DNA of 64,000 nt from Octopus sinensis (Eukaryota): the NCBI RefSeq assembly GCF_006345805.1, contig NC_042998.1, positions 25,854,001 to 25,918,000 of the forward strand, given 5' to 3'. This document shows positions 1 through 12,493 of this stretch, piece by piece. The stretch's first letter is position 1. Each line of letters starts with the position of its first letter. The translations under genes and the position numbers were made by a program. The notes below the pieces were generated by a model that saw only the letters and a program-made list of their open reading frames with translations, had not been told where the DNA came from and made no database searches.

Positions 1-102
1 TCAGAGCAGAAAATGTACTGAAGAAATGGAATGCAGAAAGAGAAAAAAAAGAGGTGACAGAAAACATGAAGATTACATAACATTACAAGAAATCCTCTCA
101 AG
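1..102 (+). CDS. possible internal exon fragment (unidentified)
   Basis: Frame 2 is open from base 2 (QSRKCTEEMECRKRKKRGDRKHEDYITLQEILS) and ends at CAAG|GTAAAC. The acceptor would lie outside the window and no homology is recognised. Confidence 0.2.
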
Positions 103-273
103 GTAAACAATGCTCTATCACAACATCCGGGTTAATTTGGGGATAAAGCTTGCCTTTGGAGATAAAGTTTGCCTTTTTTGGTATTAATACTGCTTCTGTT
201 ACAATTATTATATAAATAATACAATTTTCAATAAATTCAAAAACTAAATTATTTCAGTTTTACCAACATATAT

Positions 274-307
<34 letters not shown>

Positions 308-1472
308 CCATCCATTGTTTTAAATCCAGATTTTGTCTCCATTAATGGGGGTGGCCAGATCTACCTCAATGCCATAGCAACTGAGGTAGGCAGGTGCAGC
401 CCAACCTTTTGGCTGGCTGGCTGGCTGATGCCCATTCTTCTTTACTATCATGAGGCTTTTTTGGAGTTGGATTTTCTACAGGGAGCGCATGCCCTTGTTT
501 ACCCCCAACCTCAGTTTCTAGACATGAGTGATCCCAAGACCATGGCCTCTGCCACGATTTTTAAGAAATGTGGTGGAAATCTAACTCAGGAAGGCAGGGA
601 CACTACTCCCTGAGACCCCTTTTGGAGACACCTCCCTACCTATGATAACAATCATTTCCTTTAATACCAATTAATTTTTTCTCAAACCAAGTTAATATAT
701 TTTTGTGTTTGAAATTTATTTCATAAATGTTGTGATGATAGAACATTTTATAGTATTGTAATTTAAACTACATGTCATCTGAACTGAACATTTGCTTTGT
801 CAAGCTTCCTTTTGTAAAAATATGATTCCATTTGTAACAGTAGTAGCAGCAGCATATATCATTTCTGTGTAAACATTCTTGTTTATCTAAAGTGAAAAAT
901 CAAAGAACTCCTTTTTGACTCACATTTGAGAATGGAATGAACTTATACAGCTTAAATGAATTATGTAAGAGAATCTAACAAATATGCATTTTCTGCTGCA
1001 TACCACTCAATGCTATTTTCAAAACAGATCTCACTAATGGAATGCATGACAGAGTAGGATTACATCTATTATTACTCTCTTGGTTGTTCATGTTTTTCTA
1101 CATTAAATTTTTCAAGTGAAATATTATTCTTACAGAATATGTATGTGTGTTTGCTTGCATGTATATAAGTATTACATATATATATATTTTATACATTATA
1201 TATCTATACACATGCTCATGCATACATACATATAGATATTATATTATATATATATAATATATATATATTATATATATATATATATATATAATATATAATA
1301 TATATATATACAAATATAAATAAATATATCATATATATAAATATACATCTGTGTATATATATATATATATATATATACGTATGTATATTATAATACCACA
1401 TATATATATATAGTATGTGTGTGTGTGTGTGTGCATATGTATATAATATATAAACATAAATGTGAAATGTAT

Positions 1473-1525
<53 letters not shown>

Positions 1526-1590
1526 TATATATTGTATATATATATATATATAAACATATAAACTTCTGAGGTTCTACTTGCTATATAAAC

Positions 1591-1622
<32 letters not shown>

Positions 1623-1764
1623 AACACCACATATGTATATATTACTTTCATATTTATGTAGAGTTATAATAAAACAATTTTACATTAAACTGAAGGATTA
1701 CGCAATATTTTGAAACTTCAAAGTGACTGTCACCATTCTTCTTTTTGTAATAATTATATATTTC

Positions 1765-1834
<70 letters not shown>

Positions 1835-2325
1835 CAAAATCAAAATCAAAATCAAAACAAATCAAAATAGATTAACATCAATGGAATTTGTATCTTGTGG
1901 TACCAGTGCCGGTGGCACACAAGAAAACCATCCGAACATGGCCGTAGCCAGTACTGCATCAACTGGCCTCCGTGCTGTGGGCACGTAACAAACACCATCC
2001 GATCGTGGCCGTTCGCCAGCCTCATCTGGCACCTGTGTCGGTGGCACATAAAACACCATCCGAGCGTGGCCGTCTGCCAGCCTCGTCTGGCACCTGTGTC
2101 GGCGGCACATAAAAACACCATCTGAGCGTGGCCGTTCGCCAGTCTCATCTGGCACCTGTGTCGGTGGCACATAAAATCGCCCACTACACTCTCGGAGTGG
2201 TTGGCGTTAGGAGGGCACCAGCTGTAGAAACACTGCCAGATCTGACTGGCCTGGTGCAGCCTTCGGGCTCCCCAGACCCCAGTTGAAACCGTCCAACCCA
2301 TGCTAGCATGGAAAGCGGACGTTAA

Positions 2326-2357
<32 letters not shown>

Positions 2358-2358
2358 A
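1835..2358 (+). mobile_element. RTE-LINE-type 3' end with five ~60-bp tandem units and (GAT)n tail
   Basis: (AAAATC)n start, repeated GTGGCAC..AAAACACCATCCGAGCGTGGCCG unit, shared end GTCCAACCCATGCTAGCATGGAAAGCGGACGTTAAATGATGATG. The same UTR follows an RTE ORF end at 52006-52164. Confidence 0.8.
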
Positions 2359-2359
2359 T

Positions 2360-2404
<45 letters not shown>

Positions 2405-2424
2405 CATTATATATATATACACAC

Positions 2425-2825
2425 GTGGCTGTGTGGTTAGTAGCTTGCTAACCAGCCACATGGTTCTGGGTTCAGTCCCACTTTGTGGAATCTTGGGCAA
2501 GTGTCTTCTGCTATAGCCCTGGGCCGACCAATGCCTTGTGAGTGGATTTGGTAGACGGAAACTGAAAGAAGCCTGTCGTATATATGTATATATATATATG
2601 TGTGTGTTTGTGTGTCTGTGTTTGTCCCCCTAGCATTGATTGACAACCGATGCTGGTGTGTTTACGTCCCCGTCACTTAGCGGTTCGGCAAAAGAGGCCG
2701 ATAGAATAAGTACTGGGCTTACAAAGAATAAGTCCCGGGGTCGATTTGCTCGACTAAAGGCTGTACTCCAGCATTGCCGCAGTCAAATGACTGAAACAAG
2801 TATTAGAGTAAACGAGTAAAAAGAG
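2425..2825 (+). mobile_element. tRNA-derived SINE, family B (most abundant family here)
   Basis: A-box-like TGGCTGTGTGG, B-box-like GGGTTCAGTCCC, internal (TA)n(TG)n tract, 3' tail CCAGCATGGCCGCAGTCAAATGACTGAAACAAGTAAAAGAG. More than 20 copies in the window. Confidence 0.9.
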
Positions 2826-3816
2826 CATATATATGTGTGTGTGTGTGCATGTGTGTGTGGGGGGGGTATGTATATATGTATATATAGTATCAAAAGTCTC
2901 TGTAGAAAGTCAGATATAAAAGAAGAGCACTCTATAATTATTCGACGTGTGTGTGAATGTATGTGTGTGCACCCTTGTATGTGTGTGTAGGTGTTTGTTT
3001 ATATGCATGTGTGTGTGTGTGTGTGTGTTTTGCATATATATTTTACTGAAAGCATCAACTGTTGACTGGGAATAACCCTGATTTTGTATCGCATTTTCTT
3101 TGCAAGCATCTTGACTTCTCTGACTGTGAATTCTGAAAGGCCAAGCTGGGGCTCAGGTTCAGGCAGAAACAACGTATGAATGACTGGATGTAAAAAGGGG
3201 ACAACATGAAGTGAACCCATGGAAACACAATAAAAGACTCTAATTCTTCCCGGACCCGTTTTAGTCAAATAAATTTTTCACAGTCCTCAAAAACATGGAA
3301 GACTAAGAAATTCACAATGACTTGCAGGTTTGAAACCATTATGGCTACAAATGGAAATTGGTTTTGCGAGTTCAGGAATCATAAATTTTCCACTTTCTAG
3401 CTCTTCTTTTATGCAAATTCGCTGCTCTTGATATGATCAAAATATTCCTATTTATCTCATTATTTATCTTATTCAATTATTGCATGACTTCCTTGTATCA
3501 AGTTCTTTCTTCAATATTCCCTTTTTTTTCAGGATCAGCCTTTCTTCATCTGTTATCAGTTTGTTTATATCTTATTTGGGTTGGCTTCTGCCTCAGCAAA
3601 TCTACCTTGGCACATTTCATTGATATTCAAGGTATAAACGTGTTTAGTTTTCCAAATGTTGATCTTCTCAAAGGCTCTTCCTTATCTACAGATGCTCAAG
3701 TCTAGATATTGTTTGCTTGGGGCTACTCTATTCTTGTTTTGAGAAGAATAGGGCTTGGTTAAAATTACAAGTTTATGAAAGATCTGAGGGTTTCCTCCAT
3801 ATTAAAAATAATATAT

Positions 3817-4055
3817 TTCGCTTTTGGATTTGGTTTACAAGATTCTTTATGTGAGTTCGTGTGTTGAAGCATATTTTGTTGTGTCTGGGGAGAGTCATTT
3901 TCTTTTAGTGCCTTATTATTTAATACACTCACCAGTAAAATTTCCACTCATTTTTCCTAGGAAAAATAAATAAGTGAATGAGAGGAAACTTTACCGGTGA
4001 GTGTGTCAAATAATAAGGCACTAAAAGAGAATGATTCTCCCCAGGCACGACAAAA
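3817..4055. mobile_element. asymmetric fold-back element, family P (copy 1)
   Basis: Arms GTGTCTGGGGAGAGTCATT...CACTCA and their reverse complement turn at the palindrome TTTTTCCTAGGAAAAA (3951-3966). The left arm is ~60 nt longer. Confidence 0.7.
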
Positions 4056-4074
4056 AATAATGTATATTACCATT

Positions 4075-4447
4075 AGGCATAGGAGCGGCTGTGTGGTAAG
4101 TAGCTTGCTTACCAACCACATGGCTCCAGGTTCAGTTCCACCGTGTGGAACCTTGGGCAAGTATCTTCTACTATAGCCTTGGGCCAACCAAAGCCTTGTG
4201 AGTGGATTTGGTAGATGGAAACTGAAAGAAGCCCGTCGTATATATGTATGTGTCTATATATTTGTGTGTCTGTGTTTGTCCCCATCCCAAACTCGCTTGA
4301 CAACTGATGCTGGTGTGTTTAGCGGTTCGGCAAAAGAGACCGAGAGAATAAGTACTATTCTTACAAAGAATAAGTCCTGGGGTCGATTTGCTCAACTAAA
4401 GGCAGTGCTCCAGCATGACCACAGTCACATGACTGAAACAAGTAAAA
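4075..4447 (+). mobile_element. SINE family B
   Basis: Full head-to-tail match to the 2425-2825 copy. Confidence 0.9.
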
Positions 4448-4594
4448 AAATTTCCAATTCATGGATCATTTGAGAATTTTCTCTCTCTTTTTTTTTAATT
4501 CTTTTACTTGTTTCAATCATTTGATTGCGGCCATGTTGGAGGATCTGAGAGTTTCCTCCATATTAAGATTCTCATCCATTTGCTTTATTTGTCA

Positions 4595-4982
4595 CTAGCA
4601 GTATCGCCCGGCGTTGCTCGGTTTTGTAAGGTAAATAACTATATAAGCATTTTTAGAGAGTTATAGCCAAAAAATAGCAAAAAAATGGAAAAAAAATTAT
4701 GGTAAATTTTTTTTTAAATCGTTGACTCATCGTAGACATTTTTAGAGAGTTACTTCCCTTATATAATAGCGAAAAAAATGCATTAAAATAGAAAAAAATG
4801 ATGGTAAATTTTTTTTTAAATCGTAGACTCATCGTAGACGCGCGCTAATACCCAGAAGGGCTCGATATGAATCACGACTATAAGATACCCGGTTTTGGTT
4901 AAACTGTACCGCAAAATGTGGGAGTAGTTAGGAATCTAAATCGTAGGAGACAGACACACAACTTCACTTTTATATATAAAGA
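4595..4982 (-). mobile_element. non-autonomous Helitron-type element
   Basis: Minus strand begins TCTTTATATATAAAAG and ends with hairpin CCGAGCAACGCCGGG followed by CTAG. Inserted between A and T with no TSD. Confidence 0.75.
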
Positions 4983-5669
4983 TTTCTAATTTAGCAATGT
5001 ATAGCACCACTGCTGTTGTACAGTACAATGATTTCTGAAATCTTCATCCACTTTGAGCTCTTGCATCCAGCCACAAGGCATACGTGATGCATCATAGCAT
5101 GAATTGTTATCACATAGCAGTTTAAGTGGATGACGTATGCACCTTCCCCAATGGGGGTATCTTGTGAAGATTTCATATTGTTTTCTCTTTTCAAGCTGAC
5201 ATATTTATCGGTGCCTCCCTTGTCTTCACATTGCTTAATTATCTAATAGTTTTAAATGAATGTAGTCTATACAATCGATGTTATTCATTGCTGATCTTTC
5301 ATAAAAATATGCGTGGTCATGGAGAAATACTATCTTGCTTGGAAACAAGTGAGGGTTGGCAACAGGGACTGTACCCAGCTGTGGAAAAATTTGTTTCAAT
5401 GAATTCCCTTTGATCCGAGTAGACAAGGAAAAATGATGAGAGACATTGGAGACTGTACATGTTCTCCCAGGATGTTGAATCCTGCCACACTGTCCAAACT
5501 ATGGTAACACAGAATGCAGACATGAAATGATGATGATGATGATGATTACAACGATGATGACAACGATGACAACCATAATAACAACAACGACGAAGGCAAT
5601 GATGAATATATAGGAATACAGATATTGACACAGTTATATAAAAATTTACAAATATATTGATAGATGTGT

Positions 5670-5704
<35 letters not shown>

Positions 5705-5705
<1 letters not shown>

Positions 5706-6096
5706 TCTTTTATTCTTTTATTCATTTCAGCCATTTGACTGTGGCCATGCTGGAGCACCGCCTTTAGATGAACAAATTGACCCCAGGACTTATTCTTTGT
5801 AAGCCTAGTACTTATTCTATTGGTCTCTTTTGCTGAACCACTAAGTTACGGGGATGTAAACACACCAGCATCAGTTGTCAAGTGATGTTGGGGGGGGACA
5901 AACAAAGACACACAAACATATATATATATATATGACTGGCTTCTTCCAGTTTCTGTCTACCAAATCCACTCACAAGGCTTTGGTCAGCCCAAGGCTATAG
6001 TAGAAGACACTTGCCCAAGGTGCCACGCAGTGGGACTGAACCCAGAACCATGTGGTTGATAAGCAAGCTACTTATCACACAACCACTCTTGTGCCT
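5705..6096 (-). mobile_element. SINE family B
   Basis: Reverse-complement copy with head at ~6096 and tail at ~5705. Confidence 0.9.
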
Positions 6097-6140
6097 ATAT
6101 ATATATAAATACACACACACACATATATATATATATATGT

Positions 6141-6373
6141 ACTGTTGTGTCTGGGGAGAGTCTTTCTCTTTTAGTGCCTTATTATTTGACACTCACCGTA
6201 AAATTTCCACTTATTCACTTATTTATTTTTCCTGGGAAAAATGAGTGGAAATTTTACCGGTGAGTGTGTTAAATAATAAGGCACTAAAAGAGAATGATTC
6301 TCCCCAGACACAACAGAATATGCTTCAACACACGAACTCATATAAAGAATCTTGCAAACCAAATCCAAAAACG

Positions 6374-6374
<1 letters not shown>
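6141..6374. mobile_element. fold-back element family P (copy 2, inverted relative to copy 1)
   Basis: Near reverse complement of 3817-4055 including the turn (TTTTTCCTGGGAAAAA). Flanked by (TA)n. Confidence 0.7.
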
Positions 6375-6410
<36 letters not shown>

Positions 6411-6416
6411 CATACA

Positions 6417-6473
<57 letters not shown>

Positions 6474-7014
6474 ATATATATGATATTTGGGGAGGAGGAA
6501 GGGGATGTTTGCATGTAAATAAATATGCATAATAAATGCATTCATGCATGTATATAAATTTCTGTTCAATTAGGACAGAAACATAAAGGACACAATTTTA
6601 TTGCACATGGGTGTGTGTGTGTGTGTGTGTGTTTAGTTCTTCTGTGATGAAAGAAAAGACGATTGTTAGCAGACAAAAGGTAATGAGGTCACAAGAATCT
6701 CAGCACTGAAACCATTCATTGCATCAAGCGTTTCTTTTCAATTACTGCTATTTTTAATCACATGATACTGTTGGAATTACTGCCATATAAAGCAACCCAC
6801 TTAACACATATATATTCAGTTCGGAATATGGTCCACCTGCCCTCTGCTCAAAATACACACAAGAGTTATAAGCACTCAAAATACAGAAGCATACAAGAAC
6901 ACAATCTCACATAAATAAACACTTGCAATCATTATTACATATGAATGAAGTTGTGATTTTTGAAGAGCAGATTCTAAAAAAATATTACCTCAACAAAGTG
7001 ATATATATATATAT

Positions 7015-7352
7015 GTGAAAGTGCATGGCTCAGTGGTTAGAGCGTCGAGCTTACGATCGTGAGGTTGTGAGCTCGAATCCCGGACCGGGCTGCGTGTTGT
7101 GTTCTTGAGCAAGACACTTTATTTCACGTTGCTCCAGTTCACTCAGCTGTAGTAATGAGTTGCGACGTCACAGGTGCTAGGCTGTATCGACCTTTGTCTT
7201 TCCCTTGGATAACACTGGTGGCGTGGAGAGGGGAGGCCGGTATGCATGGGCGACTACTGGTCTTCCATAAAACAACCTTGCCCAGACTTGTGCCTCAGAG
7301 GGTAACTCTCTAGGTGCAAACCCATGGTCACTCATGACCGAAGGGGGTCTTT
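7015..7352 (+). mobile_element. tRNA-derived SINE with CORE-like central domain (family C)
   Basis: A box TGGCTCAGTGG (7026-7036), B box GCTCGAATCCC (7071-7081), then GTGTTCTTGAGCAAGACACTT. A reverse copy lies at 12876-13210. Confidence 0.85.
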
Positions 7353-7499
7353 TTTCTTTATATATATATATATATGTATATGTATATGTAAATGTATATC
7401 GTAAATGAAAGACAGAAGATGGAAGATATCAAACTTTTATTCCTTACAACAACTGTGTGTGCTTGCATGTATGTGTGTGTGTGTGTGTGTGTAAATGTA

Positions 7500-7531
<32 letters not shown>

Positions 7532-8156
7532 CATCTATATATAGAGATAGATAGATAGATAGATGGCTGATGTTCACTACAGCTGTTTCAAACATGTTCT
7601 TTATTGGTGAACAAAACAATTATATCATATAAAAAAAAGCGTTTTCTTCAGTTGAATTAAAACTAAAAACTGCAGTAGGCTGTGGAATGCATGCTTGAGT
7701 GACTTTACGTATACGTTGTTAATTTGGTACATACCTGTGAATGTATGCATAACTGGAAAAGCAAATTTGTACTTACTTTAATAAGTACATGAGTGTCTAT
7801 ACACAGTGTTAGTGCACTATCTCTGACCCTACTTTGGTACCTTTGTTATTTAAACACCATGATTCCATTGGACCATGAAAATTTAGAGACTCTGTGTTTT
7901 TATCCAAAATGGAGAAGAACACCATTCTTCTATGTAATCATCTTGAAATATTGTTAAGATATTAAGATATTTTTCTGTTTTCCTTAAAATGAAACCAATG
8001 GCAGACTTAATACTCAAATAAAAATGTTCTATCCAATAATGCAGTGTTGAGTACACATTTTCATTGTTCGACATTTACGTGTTTATATATATATATATAT
8101 AATATAAATAATATATAAATATATGAATATATACATACATATATGTACATACCTAC

Positions 8157-8204
<48 letters not shown>

Positions 8205-9464
8205 CAGAAGAAATGGAAAATAGGACAAGTAAACACAAGGAAAGAACAGTTGTCAGCTGTCTGCCTACTCCTCATTTTGAGCATTCAACGACAATATGAG
8301 TCTTCAAAGACAGATACTCTGTGTGTGTGCGTGTGTGTGTGTTTGTGTGTGTGTGTGTTTTTTTTTATTGTTACCCACCACCAATTGAAAACTAGTGGTG
8401 GTGTGTTAACAAACTTACAACCTAGCGATTTGTCAAAGGAGACCAATAAAATAAGTAACGTGCTATAAAAAAAAATAAGTACTGGGCTTGATTTAGCCAA
8501 CTAAAACTTCTTCAACATGGTGCCCCAGCATGGTCGCAATCTAATGACTAAAACATGTAAATGATAAAAGATAAGGTTATACATACATGCATACACATAT
8601 TGGCACCTTGTGATGATTATATTTTTAAGAAATTACTTAAATTCAAACTTGTAATTTACTCTACATTTATAAATCATTTTTACATTTTACATTTTACATT
8701 TTAAAAGGCCTACCTGTACTAATTAATATTTTTAGTTCACTCAGTCACTTTTTCAACTGACTTTCTTTTGCGTCTGTTGATATTTTTGGCAAATATTATC
8801 CTTTGCCCAGAGGTTTGTTGTAAGCTTTTCAATGGATAAAGCTTCATAGGAGGGAAGCCAAACCAAGTTTTTCAATGTTTGATTATATTGTTTTGCACTC
8901 AATTTACCATAATTATGTTTCGTTTTGTTTTATTTTTACTCTTTGCAGTACATCGCAGTTCTTTCAATGCATTCCTCAAAAATTATATTTTTCCAAGTTT
9001 AATTAAAACTTTTTTCCTTTTTTAGTTTCGTTTTATTGTATTTACTGTATTAAACAGAACAAACAGCTGCAATGCAGTTTGGAAAGAGTTAATTAAATGA
9101 AAATATTACAAAACATAAAAACTGGTAACAGTATGAGAGTTATACTCTTACACTTAGACTAGAGTTGATTAAAACAAAATAATATAGTCATACTATTTTG
9201 AAACCAGGAATGGTTTTGAAAGTGACAATGGTGTAGAAGGGGTTTTCTTGGCACCAAATATCTGAACAGTATATCATGGGTTAAACATTTACTACAGACA
9301 CACCATCAAACTCTTAAATAAAGTATATTGCATTGTTTTATTTCTCTCCTCTCATAAAATGTGGTTTATAACAATAGAAACAGAATCCATCTCTAAAATA
9401 CAAATTCCAAAAATTTTTACATACAATAAAATTTAAGAAAAATGAGGAAAAAAGACCAAACAAA

Positions 9465-10410
9465 TGTTATAATTTATATAAAACTTTATTTCCATCTATA
9501 AGAAATAGAAAAAAAAAATATTTTTCATAACATTTACATTAATTGAATATAATTCATTCAAATTGATAATATCTGACAGGTATTATAATTTAGAAAACAT
9601 TTACATCATATACTTTTTCAAATATAAAAGCTAATTAATAATTGGTATATTCAGCAGAGAGTCAACCAATCAATATTCTCCTTGAAATTTCTACTTGGAT
9701 TGACAAAGAAAAAAATTTATGTTAAATTGATTTCTGAAATATCATAAAATAATGAAGAATATGTTCCAGCATAAATCAATACTGAATTACTCTATTGTCG
9801 TTAATTATTGATTAGATTGGAAATTATTCAGTACATTCAATTATCTTTCCTTTTATGTAAGATGAATGAAATAATGCTATTTTATTGAGACTTTTACTAA
9901 CTACATTCATTCTGATGTGATTGTAAAGAAACAATATTCTAAGATGCCAAACTAAATACAAAGATACTGACAAACAATAAAATTTTTGATTATGAATATC
10001 AAAATATTCTTTGTGGGGGGAAAAAAATTGTACTCATCATTTTTAGAGAAACAGTTGTATATTGTAAGAATATTATAATAAAGCAAATTGGTGTATATAT
10101 ATATAATTTCTTTTTCCAAATGTTATACTTCTGGCAAGTTTGAATTTAGTACAAAATAGATATTTTGTTTTGATGTCAATATAATTGCAATATTTCTTTT
10201 TACTTCAGCATTATTGTAATATTTCTTTAAAATGTTTAATCTCTTTATTGTAAAATTTTTAAAAAAGAAGTAAAATTCAGTTGTGATGTAAAATATATGG
10301 ATACCCTGGTGATTTGTTTTGTAGATAATGTATCTTAGTAAGTACTCATTATTATCACAAATACATCATCAGGAATTCCATTATCTGTTTCAAACATGTC
10401 ATTGATAGCT
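9465..10410 (-). CDS. candidate terminal exon plus 3' UTR of an unidentified gene
   Basis: Acceptor TTATTTCTTTTAG| at 10411; open reading (R)AINDMFETDNGIPDDVFVIIMSTY* to 10335; ~0.9 kb repeat-free AT-rich tract; AATAAA at 9485-9490 followed by a GU/U-rich element at ~9445-9465. Confidence 0.4.
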
Positions 10411-10907
10411 CTAAAAGAAATAAGTAGCATAATGCCTATTAATAACGAGATGAAATGTCTCTATATTAGCAGTGCATTTGTTATAAAGTAGCAAATCTTC
10501 TGAGGCCATTGGAATAAAGAGGAAATGGAAGAAATTACAACAAAGCAAAAAGAAAACTCATAAATACGAGGGTGTGTGTGGTAGGGGTGGAGTGTAAACT
10601 CTGCAGTTCAATTCTATTTTTAAATGACCCTTATAAGCACGCAAAATATTACAGATGAAATAATAAGAATAAATGCCATTATGGTTATGGCATCAATAGT
10701 CAGTTATTTACAAAATTGTTATTGTCTGAGTAGTTTTGAAAATTTCCAAATCACTTTAATATATTTAAAGAGGTTTAAATCGAAGCACATAATACAACTA
10801 ATATCTTAAAGGTTTCTATGAAAGATTAGAAGGAAATATATTCTTTGTGTTATTTATAACTGTTATATTTTTATAAAATAGTTGTTCGAAATATTGATTT
10901 TTTTTAC

Positions 10908-10921
10908 CTCCAGTGACAAAA
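10908..10921 (-). CDS. candidate 14-nt microexon
   Basis: TTTTGGTTCTTATAG|TTTTGTCACTGGAG|GTAAAA. Its length restores frame between the 50-nt exon and the terminal exon. Confidence 0.3.
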
Positions 10922-11069
10922 CTATAAGAACCAAAATGTAGATGTTTAAATCATTTGTAATATTTGCTCAGGACTGATTTTGTAGACCACTTGACTACAA
11001 AACAGATCTTGGCCAGATTTGAACTTAGATTATAGAATAACAAAGTAAAAAAAAAAAAAAGCATCTGGT

Positions 11070-11530
11070 GCACTGTCATTTTTACCACTCTACTTTCTTT
11101 GGAATGTTCTTTTCTACTCTAGGCACAAGGCCTGACATTTTTGAGGAGGGGGCTAGTTGATTAGATCAACCTCATTACACAACTGGTACTTAATTTATCG
11201 ACCCTGAAAGGATGAAAGGCAAAGTTGACCTTGGTGGAATTTGAACTCAGAACGTAAACACAGATATACTACTGTACATTTCACCTGGCATGCTAACATT
11301 TCTTATTTCTTTATTGCCCACAAGGGGCAAAACATAGAGGGGACAAACAAGGGCAGACAAAGGGATTAAGTCGATTACATCGACCCCAGTGTGAAACTGG
11401 TATTTAATTTATCGACCCCAAAAGGATAAAAGGTAAAGTTGACCTTGGCAGAATTTGAACTCAGAACGTAAAGACAGACATACTGCTGTACATTTCACCT
11501 GGCATACTAACATTTCTGCCAGCTCGCTGC
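11070..11530 (-). mobile_element. two tandem copies of SINE family A
   Basis: Core TTCTGAGTTCAAATTCCGCCGAGGTCGACTTTGCCTTTCATCCTTTCGGGGTCGATAAATTAAGTACCAG occurs twice, with different 3' tails. Confidence 0.85.
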
Positions 11531-11557
11531 CTTTTTTTTTTTTTTTAATATTATTAT

Positions 11558-11953
11558 AGGCGCAGGAGTGGCTGTGTGGTGGGTGGCTTGTTAACCAGCC
11601 ACATGGTTCCGGGTTCAATCCCACTGCGTGGCATCTTGGGCAAGTGTCTTCTGCTATAGCCCCGGGCCGACCAATGCCTTGTGAGTGTATTTGGTGGACA
11701 GAAACTGAAAAAAGCCTGTCGTTTATATGTATATATATATATGTGTGTGTTTGTGTGTCTGTGTTTGTCCCCCTAGCATTGCTTGACAACCGATGCTGGT
11801 GTGTTTACGTCCCCGTCACTTAGCGGTTCGGCAAAGGAGACTGATGGAATAAGTACTGGGCTTACAAAGAATAAGTCCCAGGGTCGATTTGCTCGACTAA
11901 AAAGGCGGTGCTCCAGCATGGCCGCAGTCAAATGACTGAAACAAGTAAAAGAG
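11558..11953 (+). mobile_element. SINE family B (full length, CpG-rich, probably young)
   Basis: Complete head GGCGCAGGAGTGGCTGTGTGG through tail AAGTAAAAGAG. Confidence 0.9.
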
Positions 11954-12443
11954 TATTATTATGAATTTTGATGTAAAGCAGTTCAGTAAAATAAAGTTGC
12001 TTGTAAATTCTAAATAAATAAACTGATCTAATTATATAGAGACTAATAAAATGATATTTTATTCCAGAGTCACATCAAACTGTATGGTTTCAGTTTGGAC
12101 AGAGTTCAAATCAATGACAGAAAAAAAAATGCTACATTCTATGCTGTAGGTATTTTTATTGTATTATGTTTATTGGTTCACATGGAAGTAGTTTACTGAC
12201 TGACTGCAAAGGATGTAATAAACATGGACTACATCAGGAAATGAGGAAGAATAACAGCAGATAAAAATAGCAATTGTACAGATACTGATCCTTTGTCTAA
12301 ATATAAGGAACCCCCCAAAGTATACACATGAATCATAATCTTGAACTAACCTATGAGAAGTAATAAAGATATCAGGTTTTTATTTGGCCATTAGACAATA
12401 CCATAAGAAAACATTCACCGTATGACTTTGCTAACAAACTTAC

Positions 12444-12493
12444 CACAGACTTATGAGCCAATATTGGAAGGCACATGTACTCATTCGACCCCA
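12444..12493 (-). CDS. candidate 50-nt internal exon
   Basis: TTGCTATTTCTAG|TGGGGTCG...AAGTCTGTG|GTAAGT. Two frames are open (WGRMSTCAFQYWLISL and GSNEYMCLPILAHKSV). Confidence 0.4.

Noticed and set aside
1905-2180. CRISPR-like look of the regularly spaced ~60-bp units
   Set aside because: The sequence between the conserved motifs is also repeated (no unique spacers), and the array belongs to an RTE 3' UTR in a eukaryote.
3045-3720. Coding-like minus-strand stretch (e.g. LSEFTVREVKMLAKKMR, EERLILKKKGILKKEL)
   Set aside because: Multiple stops and frameshifts and no diagnostic motif. It is probably an old retroelement ORF but cannot be classified, and the exon reading at 3048-3190 is unsupported.
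7015-7090. tRNA gene (also at 57364 and 21119)
   Set aside because: A and B boxes are present but there is no closed acceptor stem and each continues into a SINE body.
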